Below are positions 25,680 to 36,097 of a DNA stretch of 64,000 nucleotides, piece after piece. Both the position numbers and the translations under genes were made by a program. Origin of the DNA: Glaucostegus cemiculus (lineage: Eukaryota); NCBI GenBank assembly GCA_976551045.1, contig CDPCPM010000063.1, forward strand, positions 13,206,001 to 13,270,000, written 5' to 3'. The notes beneath the pieces are model-generated. The model saw only the letters and a program-made list of their open reading frames with translations, did not search any database and had not been told where the DNA came from. Positions within the stretch are counted from its first letter, which is position 1. Each line of letters opens with the position of its first letter.

Positions 25680-26776
25680 ATTCCCACCTTGTAATTAGTC
25701 TCCAGCCAACAAAATAAAATTAACAAGACATTTATTGCAGCGAATGTGGGATCTTACAAATTTGCTGAATGTTATAGCCATTAAAGACTTTAATTCATTC
25801 ATTGTGAAGTATTTTGAGATATCCCAAGGATGTGAAGGGCACTACATAAATCACTCTTCCTTTCCTCCTTGCTTTGTGTGGAGGTGGAAGGGGAATAATT
25901 TATTGAACCCTGGGGGAAGTATGCAAGCTCACTTTGCATCAGGATCACTCAGCTTTGTCCGTTGTGGTGTAATGGTTTGCCAAGGTTGACTGCTGGGATC
26001 TTATGCAGTAGGAGAAAAAGAAAATGCAGAGCTGGATGAAATTGCAAAACTGAAGAGACAGACAAACTTGGACAAAGTCAAGGAGAAAATGGCAAGTGAC
26101 TTATCGAAAAAAGGCAACATCTCCAGTGGAGGTCGCGGGGGGGGGGGGGGGGGGAGATGGTGGGTGGGGAGGTGGAAGGGGGAATAATTTATTCATATGA
26201 TGTTGGAGTAAAGACTTAACATTTCCCCCTTAATGGAGAAGCTCATTAAAATCATTTTAGTCATTTCATTCAAATGTTATTTCACAATATCACAATAAAT
26301 TCACTATATAATCAAGTACATTTATTTAATCATTACTATTATAAAAATCACATTCAATTATGTGATCCTGCACAAAAGCAGCTTCTGGTGGTACAACATC
26401 TATTGGTGCCCCTTGTACACTAGTCCAATCTAGAACTTTGAACTTTAGATAGACTGGCAAAGAGAACTGTGAAGCAGAACTTACATACTTCATCACAAAC
26501 ATCAATTCAGGGAATCTAGGAAAAGCCCTCCACAAACAAGTATCAAGTTACTTTATTGTCATTCAACAAATTGTCATTCAACAAATTGTCACTCTGCTAT
26601 AAAAGCACATGGAGGAACAAAATGTTGTTTCTCCCCAGACTCACACAACAGAGGACGTACATAAAACAGAAGACCCCTTTGAAGTTAATACAGAAGCAAT
26701 GTAACAAGTTCAAGTCAGGGATGTGGTAACAGAGGACGGAAGTGGAAATAAAGGTATAGGATTATAAAAATCAATA

Positions 26777-27522
26777 TAGGCAAGCCCCCACATTACAGAG
26801 GCATTGCATTCCTAGATCTTCTGTAACATGAAACTGTATTTCCCATCGAAGCTCATGTTATAAGTGGAGATGAGTCCTATGGAATGTTTTTCTTTCAACT
26901 GTAATGATCAGACTGCAGTTACTGGTTCATCATGCAAGAGACTGCACATCTCTTAAGTGGTCACTGGCTGCATTTGGAGACACAAGCAACTGCTGATGCT
27001 GTAACTTGGAGCAAAAAACAAAAAAGGTGGCAGGCTTGTGTCTACACTCACATTCCAGCCTTCAGTCAGAATGGACACACATACCTTTAAATGCATATCA
27101 AATATAGGTGAGGTAATTTAACAATATAACTCAACAAATTTCTTCAGCATCAAACCTCTGTAAAATATCAAGGTTTACATGCAGTGAAATTCTTTTGTGT
27201 GTTTTAGTTTACATCTTGCACAAACTCATCATCCCCATTTCAGATATCTCAAGGGTAATATGGAAAACTTTGGGAAAAAGTAAGAGGGAAAAATGAATCT
27301 ACCATGCTAAAAGGCACAGTATCTGCCCATGCATCAAAAGAGACTTAAATAAAAATAGACAACATTTGTTGCTTCTTTCACATTTGCTTTTTATTCCCCC
27401 CCCCCCAAACATAAATTCCATAGGAGTGAATTTTTCTTGTATTTCAGATTTTTGGGTAGTGATTTATGAGTTCTGTAAGGGCAAATTTCTGTAACCCAAA
27501 TGACTGACTTGGGTGTTGCCTG
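26777..27522. mobile_element. Tigger/pogo-like (Tc1-mariner superfamily) MITE
   Basis: Left end TA|taggcaagccccc and right end gggtgttgcctg|TA (reverse complement caggcaacaccc): terminal inverted repeats flanked by TA. Confidence 0.6.
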
Positions 27523-27929
27523 TATAGTTTACAATTCAGTTTTGACAATCTGTACCAATCCTTCTCAATCTTCCCTCTTTTAAGAACCTTAGCTTTCCCA
27601 CATAACAAATTCGTCATCTCTAGTATCTTTCAATCTGATTACTTGGGTATACGCTCAGAGGTCTTGATAGCCATTCTGAAGTACTGTACCAGAACTAAAT
27701 ACAATAACAGCAGCAGAAGCACAATAAGCGTTTTATAAATGCTTATCCAAAATGTACAAATGCGCACTCCATGCCTCTATAAAAAACATGCAGAACTTCT
27801 GATTTTAGCATCCTTCTCTACTTGTCCAGCCACCTTTAAATATTTCCACGATTACATTACCAGATTCTTCTGTTCTCTTTAAAACTGCATTGCATAAAAT
27901 CTACAATACAGAAACATATTATTCCTTAA

Positions 27930-28270
27930 TTATGAGAAGCATAGATATGGTAACAGTCTTCTCCCCAGGGGAATCCAAAACTAGTGGGCATAGCTTAAGG
28001 GTGAGAGGGGAAAGATTTAAAAGGGACCCGAGGGGCAACTCTTCCATGCAGAGGGTGGTGAGTATATGGAATGAGCTGCCAGAGAAAATGGTTGAGGCAG
28101 GTACAATAGTATCATTTAAGAAGCATTTGGATAGGTATATAGGGGTGGGGCTTGGGTGCAGAAAGGCTGAATGCAGGAAATTGGGATGAGCTGGGTGGTC
28201 AACATGGTCAGCATGGACTAGTTGGGCTGAAGGGCCTGTATCCGTGCTGTATTGCTCTAAGACTCCATGA
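27930..28270 (+). mobile_element. CR1 LINE 3' end
   Basis: Reads GESKTSGHSLRVRGERFKRD...RVVSIWNELPEKMVEA, then the tail gggctgaagggcctgtatccgtgctgtattgctct. Confidence 0.85.
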
Positions 28271-28544
28271 TTCAAATGCTTAATACAATGATAGTTCCCC
28301 CAAAGCACAAGGCACAACGTTCACATAAAAAGTCTATTTAGCCTAAATGGTCTGTGCCAGTGTAAATCTTTCACCTGAGCCTTGTGTGCTGCCTACTGAT
28401 GTCACAACTTACTTTTTTCTCATTCAACTATCAGTAAATCCTATTATTTCTCTTTACTTCTAACTTTATTTCAAATATTCCTATACTACCCACCTCAGCT
28501 ACTCCTTGTGGTACATCTGCTCCAACTACTATAATTTTCTTTTA

Positions 28545-28757
28545 TATAGTCATACTGCGGTACCGAGGACCAACCCATCTTATTCCCCAATAAAACAATA
28601 AAATCCCATTTTAATCTCCCACATTCTCATAATTCCCCCCAGATTCCATGACTCACTTACACATTAGGGGTAATTTACAGTGGCCAATTAATCAACCAAT
28701 GGCTTTGGCATGTCAGAGGAAACTGGAACACTCAGAGGAAATGTGCAGTCACAGGGA
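28545..28757 (-). mobile_element. HE1-like tRNA-derived SINE, left piece (split by a CR1 insertion)
   Basis: aatttacagtggccaattaa...ggaaactggaacactcagaggaaatgtgcagtcacaggga, which continues at 30729. Confidence 0.7.
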
Positions 28758-30728
28758 CAATGTTATGGCTGCGGAAAGGGTGGATTTTGAGGAAGGATCC
28801 TCTCTTGAGTTGGTATGGGTGGAAGTGAGGAACAAGAAAAGAGATATAGAGGAGCAGATTGGCAGGCAGTGTTTGGACAGAAGCAAAAATAACAGGGTTG
28901 TAATAATGGATATAGACTGGGACATGCTCAGTGCCAAAGGTTTAGATGGGAACGAGTTTGTTAAGTGTGTCCAGGATGGATTCCTGATGCAGTATGTTGA
29001 CAGGCCGAATAGAGGGAATGCGGTGTTGGATCTGGTTTTAGGAAATGAACCGGGACAGGTGAGGGATCTACTGGTGGGTGAGCATTTGGGGGACAGTGAT
29101 CATTGCTCAATAAGCTTTAGAATTGTCATGGACAGGGATAGGTGCAGAGAGAACAGGAAGATATTTAATTGGGGAAGGGCAGACTATGAGGCTATAAGGA
29201 GAGAACTTGGGAGTGTAAATTGGGAAGTCCTTTTTGAGGGGAAATGTACTGTGGAGATGTGGACAATGTTCAGGGATGTTTTATAGGATGTTAGGGATAA
29301 ATATGTCCCAGCGAGACAGGAGGAAGAATGGCAGGGTGAAGGAACCGTGGGTGACGAGAGAGGTGGAACGTCTGGTTAGGTGGAAGGCAGCAGCTTACAT
29401 AAGGTGTAAGCGGCAAGGCTCGGACGTGGCCCGTGAGGAATATAGCATAGTGAGGAAGGAACTTTAGAAAGGGCTGAGGAGAGCTAGAAGGGGACATGAA
29501 AAGATGTTGGCTAGAAGGGTTAAGGAAAATCCCAAGGCTTTTTTCTTGTATGTGAAGGGCAGAAGGATGGCTCGGGTAAGGTACGTCCGATTAAGGATAA
29601 AGGTGGGAGGATGTGCCTGGAAGCAGCAGAAGTAGGGGAGGTACTGAATGAATACTTCTCTTCTGTATTCACCAAGGAGAGGGGTCTGGATGACGTGACA
29701 GGGAGTGCTGGTAAGGGTAATGTTCTTGAGTATGTAGCTATCGATAGGGAGGTGGTGTTGAAATTGTTAAATAATATCAAGACGGATAAGTCTCCAGGGC
29801 CTGATGGAATATTCCCCAGGCTGCTTCGAGGCGAGAGAGGAGATTGTTGATCCGCTGGTGAGGATCTTTGAGTCCTCGTTGTCCATGGGGATGGTGCCGG
29901 AGGATTGGTGGGTAGTGGATGTTGTTCCCTTGTTTAAGAAAGGTAGTAGGGATAGTCCGGGAAATTACAGACCGGTGAGCCTCACATCTGTGGTGGGTAA
30001 GCTGTTAGAAAGGATTCTGAGGGATAGGATCTATGAACACCTGGAGAGTCATGGACTGATTAGGGTCAGTCAGCATGGCTTTGTGAAGGGAATATCTTGC
30101 CTCATGAGCCTGATAGAATTCTTTGAGGAGGTGATGAGGAAGCTTGATGAGGGCATCGTGGGATTGAGTTCAAGAGCAGAGAGGTGATGATGCTGCTTTG
30201 CAAAATTCTAGTTAGGCCGCACTTAGAATATTGTGTTCAGTTCTGGTCGCCGCATTATAGGAAGGATGTGGAGGCGTTGGAGAGGGTACAGAGGCGATTT
30301 ACCAGGATGATGCCTGGATTAGAGGGTATGGAATATGAGGAGAGGCTTAAGGTGCTAGGGCTCTACTTGTTGGAGAGGAGGATGAGAGGGGACTTGATAG
30401 AGTGTATAATGTATTGAGAGGAATAGATAGAGTTGACAGCCAGCACCTCTTTCCCAGAGCACAGATGCTCAAGACAAGAGGGCATGGCTTTAAGATATTG
30501 GGTGGAAAGTTTAGGGGAGATGTCAGAGAGAGTGGTTGGCGCATGGAATGCGTTGCCTGGGGTGGTAGTAGAGGCAGATACATTGGACAGGTTCAAGAGA
30601 TTGTTAGATAGGCACATGAAAGAATGTGGAATAGTAGGATATGTGGGAGGAAAGAGTTAGATTGTGAGACATTTGAAGGACGGCACAACTTGGTAGGCCG
30701 AAGGGCCTGTTTTGTGCTGTATTGTTCT
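28758..30728 (+). mobile_element. CR1 LINE ORF2 (endonuclease plus partial RT, internal deletions) with 3' tail
   Basis: Reads [64 protein letters not shown]. Tail ggccgaagggcctgttttgtgctgtattgttct. Confidence 0.93.
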
Positions 30729-30830
30729 AGGGAGAACATGCAAACTCTACACAGACAGCACCAGAGGTCAGGATTGAACTGGAATGCTGGAGCTGAGGCC
30801 GTTGTTTTACTAGTTGTGCTATTGCCCCAC
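30729..30830 (-). mobile_element. HE1-like SINE, right piece (tRNA-head side)
   Basis: agggagaacatgcaaactctacacagacagcaccagaggtcaggattgaac is collinear with the intact SINE at 34040-34323. Confidence 0.7.
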
Positions 30831-33800
30831 CCACGTCATATTCCCTACACCTTTTGAACAAATTTACTAAACATGACAATTTCATGACTAAAATGTCTTG
30901 CTGTTCCTTCTAATAAAATTCACTTCATAAAACTGTGATAGTATCATTTTGTAAGGAGATACTCGAGAGGAACATCACCAAATGGTGACCCAGTCAATTT
31001 TAGTATATAAACATGCTGAGCCCCTCATCCAAAAGGCATTCACCACAAGTTTCTCTGGATCCCTCCAAGGATTTCACATTGGCTCTCTTCATTCAGTGCT
31101 CTAAATTGTTTGCAATTCTTTGAACTTTGTATCAGAAGAGCAATAAAAGTCTTAAAACAAAACTCAGGTGCTGATTACTGCTAAATGTTACATCTTGATA
31201 GACCATGCATTGAAAATAAGCACACACTTTTTGTCCTCAACCAGTGTAACAACCAGGTGTTCAACAGGGGGCATTCTAGGACTAGAACACAAACAGCACA
31301 GGCTGTCAAGTGAAAGAGTGAAGACAATAGCTGAAAGACAATATCTTTGGAAGAACATACAAAATCAGCCTGTTTCCATAAATATGTATTAGAATATCAC
31401 ATGACAACTGCCCTTAACTGATCTTTTGTACTCTAAGAGGAAAAATACTGCAGATGCTTGAAACTCAGGAAGAAGTTGAAGTCATTGAATGCAAGAACAA
31501 GATTTTATTTTACTGATCATAAACATAAAACTATTAACTTAAAAATGTGAAAAACTATCAATATATAAATTGAAATGGATTAATCAGGGAGCAATTATGT
31601 ACCAAGGATATAAATGAAACAAATGAAACAAATAAATCAAAGCAAAATTTACATAAGTAGGCGCTAAATGTAATAGCCTGCAAATATGCAATGATATCAA
31701 TGAGGATGTAAATATTATACATTTTAATGATTATTATTTGCTCTAATGAAAAGACGAGAGGGAAAAAGAAACTGTAAATGTTTGAGAAAGCAAACAATCT
31801 GGCATTTCTCCTCTTCCTATTCTCATAAAACATTCATTAAACCTGTGTCAAATCAATAAACTAGTACAGACAACATTGAAGGGTCAGAATAAGACCCGAC
31901 AGAAACTGGAGTTAGGATTTTGAAGGCTAAATATTTAAATTATGAATTAGTGAGAAGGCAGCATTTAACAAGTTGCCAATATATGTTTTGATAATGATTA
32001 CTTTCAAATATTCCCCTCATTTTCCACCCATCATTTTGATGTATGATATCACACTGATGTAAAAAAAAATTTGTAATACCTTTAAATGCACAATTAAATC
32101 CTTTCTGACATAGCCTGGAGACTTAAAGAAAAGTCAAAGCAAATACAAGGGAAATAGAATAAAATGGTATTATAGTATTAAATGAAGGCACATGGGAGTC
32201 ACATTCTTCTTTCTAATTTGATACAGGCCAAGTCCTGATAGAAGTCCTATGCTCTTCCTTGAAGAGAATAGATACTAATTCAACTGTGAGCACCTTTGGT
32301 CCTTTTCTATAATATACAAAGATTGGAATTCCATGATAAAGAATAAGGCTATTTTGGTTTAAGGCTGAACACTTGATGTTAATGGAGAACATAACAGAAA
32401 AATACACATAAAATAACATCATACTGATATTAAACAAAATACAAATTCTACTTCACACAAGTAATCAACTCAATCCAGTTTTGAGGTAAATTAAATTGTA
32501 TTCATACCATGGGCAGTATTTGGATGGAATATTTGCAGGGGATTTCCACCCATCTCTACTCCAACTCTCTTCTTCCAGGAAACAGTAATTGAATTACTGA
32601 GATAACTTCCACAGGTTTCCTTGCATCAAGCAGGTGTTTGCCAATACATGGCTGCAGAATCCAGTGAAGCTACAGCAATATCGAGGCCTGGATTTGGAGG
32701 GAAAGGAGGCAACATCCAAGCCCACTCTAGTACTTACTGCCCTACATCACTATACACATACTAGTATTGCAAAGTACAACAAACCAGAACAGACCATAGG
32801 GTAATTGATCCGTGCTCCCAGCCCTCATACAAATAGCAAGCAGATGGCCAGTTGAGTTATAAGGGGAAGGAAATCCAGGGTGTGTTAATGAACTGGTAAC
32901 TGGGTCTGGCACTAGCTTTTGCATCTTGTTCCAAAGTTATCCTACTTCATCTCAACAGGATCACCACTGAGGAAGGGGACACCCAGGTGCATTCAAACAT
33001 ACTTATTTGATTTTCAGAAGCCCAATATATTTTCATATTAACCTCTATTTTAGCATTAAAGCATTTTAAGAATGCCATTGCTTCCTATCATTAATTGGAT
33101 GAGTTCTATTAAATAAGCCACTCCAATGAATGGGATTAGCTCAATACTCATCCTTGAAACTGAAATAAATCAAGCATTTAAAATTTAGAAAGTGTAATCA
33201 TATGAACATCATTTTTTAAACTTCTGCAATGCAAGACAGATTTCAGTCCAAGCAATGATGTAAAACCATATTCCTTGATAGTTTGAAGGGCCTGATATTT
33301 TCTCAGAAATTTCAATGTATATTCCTGTTTTATCACATTAACAGGTATGGCATCTCTAACAAGGGAGATCTTCTTAGCAGTCACACGCTTCCTTTCCCCT
33401 GAACCCCCATCACTCTTACTCTCTTCAGTTTCAGAGTTCCACTGAAACCCTCTGCAATTAATAAAACAGGACTGCAGCTCTATGGAAAAATCAAGGAAAT
33501 TATTCATTTTAATTAATGTGATAAAACCTGGGTCTGAATCCTGATGCCAAATCAGTAATTAATAATTAGTGACGTTGAAAAGTATTTTATGCAAATGAGA
33601 CATTACTGTGAAAAATTTAAAATCCAATTTCTTGAACTTTTCTATGTTACTGAACTGAGATCAATAATCTTAGCATCTTTACAATAATAATTTAGATTTA
33701 CATTGACTGAATTTTGTTTTGCAGAGTATTTGTGTCATATGTTATCTGGAATGTTTGGTGACAGATGAGCTGCAAACAGATCATTTACGGGAATTCAAGT

Positions 33801-34039
33801 CTCGTGAAATGGCATCCTTTGAATAAAAGCCAAAAGCAGCCCTAAAGCAGGGTAACCAATCATAAATAAGTACTTAAGCATACATAGCATGAAGTATGAC
33901 CAACACCATCTTCTCTGGCATTCTTATGTCATTATTTTGCGATCACCCCATATTTGAATTGGAACCTACCTCCATTTCAAATACAATGAAAGAGCTGATG
34001 ATGTTAAGAAAAAGAAAGTCTTTATATAACAGAATAAAT

Positions 34040-34323
34040 TGCAAGATACCTTTATTTGTTACATGTACATCAAAACAGTGATATGTATCTTTTATGCAGA
34101 ATGCTCTGGGGGCAGCCCACAAGTGTTGCCATGTTTCTAGCATCAACACAACATGCCCACAACCTGCTAACCCGTACGTCTTTGGAATGTAGGAGGAAAT
34201 TGGAGCACCCAGAGGAAACCTATGCGGACATGGGGAGAATATACAAACTCCTCACTGACAGTGGCCAGAATTGAACCTGGGTCACTGGCACCGTAATAGC
34301 GTTACACTAACCGCTACACTACC
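34040..34323 (-). mobile_element. tRNA-derived SINE (HE1-like) with Pol III A/B boxes
   Basis: The minus-strand head reads ggtagtgtagcggttag (A box) ... ccaggttcaattctggcc (B box). The central gaaattggagcacccagaggaaacc domain is present. Confidence 0.8.
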
Positions 34324-34439
34324 AGAGTAAAGGCAGAGGTTAAGTACCTGGGCATGAAATAGATTTCCAACCTCCTCTTACTTTAAGATATTGTAGCATA
34401 GAACAATAATTAGAGAAGGAAAGCTCTTTACATAGGAAG

Positions 34440-34860
34440 CCCTTGGACTGTATACATTGGAGTACAGAAGAATGAGAGGGGACCTCAGAAACATTTTGAG
34501 TGTTGAAAAAGACTGGACAGAGCAGATGTGGCTAAGTTGTTTCCCTTGGTGGGCGAGTCCAGGACAAGGGGGCGCAGTCTTAGAATTAGAGGATATCCGT
34601 TTAGAGCAGAGATGAAGAAATTTCTTTAGCCAGAGGGTTGTGGATTTATGGAATTCATTGCCACATACAGTTGTGGAGGCCTGATCATTGGGGGTGTTTA
34701 AGGAGGAGATTGATAGGTATCTAATTAGTCAGGGTATCAAGGGATATTGGGAAAAAAGGCCAGGAATTGAGGCTAGATGGGAGAATAGTTTAGCTCATGT
34801 GAAGTGGCAGAGCAGCCTCGATGGGCCGAATGGCCTACTTCTGCTCTTTTGTCTTGTGAT
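34440..34860 (+). mobile_element. CR1 LINE 3' end (same subfamily tail as 44062-46490)
   Basis: cttggactgtatacattggagtacagaagaatgagaggggacct..., ending in the tail gatgggccgaatggcctacttctgctcttttgtcttgtgatc. Confidence 0.85.
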
Positions 34861-35837
34861 CCTAGCCCTGGATTACTGCCAATTCTAAATTCAGAACACA
34901 ATGAAAAGAGGGAGCAACAGAATAGAGCAGGTCCTCCACACATACATGGGAAGTTAAGTTTGGTGTAAAACCACTTAAAAATAAGCCTTGTAAAAACACA
35001 TTATCCTAACTTATATAAACCCATAAACAAAATATTTTAGAATCAAATTTAAAAATCAAATGCAAATTACCTGGGAATTATTTTTTTTTAACTATATAGA
35101 TTAACAAATCATCCTATACATCATCTTTCTTTGAGCATAAATTTCAAAACAATTTGAACAGTGGTCATTGCTGTGAATAATTCATGATTTTCACTTTCTA
35201 TTTGTAATGAAATGAAACCCAGCTGATGAAACTGGATTTCCCCCAAATTCTCAAGAGTATTAAAAGAGAAGCTCTAATACACCTGAAATAGTGATAGCTC
35301 TGCTGTAGTGAAGAAATGTTGCTTGAAATCTTCCTGCTTTTTCAATGGTAAGTTTTGCTTTTCAAATACAATCTTTTATTGTAACTTAGCTCCTTAAGAA
35401 CAAAATGTTTAATTGTGCATTGACAGTGTCAACATATTAGCGGTTACTTTGTTTACACAAGAACAAAAATCCCAGCAACTCATTTGGCCCTTATGCTTGC
35501 TCTGCCATTCAATAACATCTATGGTGATCTTTTAATATGGCATCACTTCTTGCACTAAACCCATATCGCTCTATTTCCTTAATATCTAAAAATCTATTGA
35601 TCTATTAATCTATTAATCAGTAACTGAGTCTCTATAACCCTCTTGGATAGGGAATTTTCTTTGTTAGATCAGTGGTTTCTTATTAGTTGTGGGAGGCCTT
35701 TGAGTCTTTTCTTTATTCCCTCATATAGTTTCTCATGTGTCACACTAAGAGACCTTAATTAACTTTCGCTAATCTCCTTTTCACATATCTATGGAAGCTT
35801 TTAAGACCTCTAAATTTCTTGCTTGACCAATTCTGTA

Positions 35838-36088
35838 CAGGCAACCCATGTAATATGGCAGTTCGGGTAACAGAAATACGGTCTTAAGTAATTCATGAAT
35901 CACTACCAAAAAATCTGGGGGACAAAACAAAAATTCATTCTTACAAAATGTATCTGTAAAAATTGAATAATGTATTTTTATTTAACTTGCACTCCTTGAC
36001 ACATGCACATATGATGCGACTTTGCGTTACAGAAAATTGTGATACAGAATGTTTGAGGAATGCAACTTCCCCTTAATTCAGCTGCTTG
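35838..36088. mobile_element. Second Tigger-like MITE copy
   Basis: TA|caggcaaccc ... gctgcttg|TA. The subterminal ggaatgcaac matches ttgcattcc in the 26777 copy in reverse orientation. Confidence 0.5.
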
Positions 36089-36097
36089 TATCTGAAA

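Noticed and set aside
26326-26535. ORF segment KYVSSASQFSLPVY as a possible TMX3 exon (human KYIDAASELIVY)
   Set aside because: It is in the wrong order (downstream of the 50432-50498 exon), has no fitting splice sites, and the similarity is superficial.
26555-26591. 15-bp tandem duplication attgtcattcaacaa x2.5
   Set aside because: Simple slippage in a Rex1-type tail; not CRISPR-like because there are no spacers.
34255-34323. tRNA-like sequence with A/B boxes
   Set aside because: It is the head of a SINE, with no complete cloverleaf, and it continues into the SINE body.
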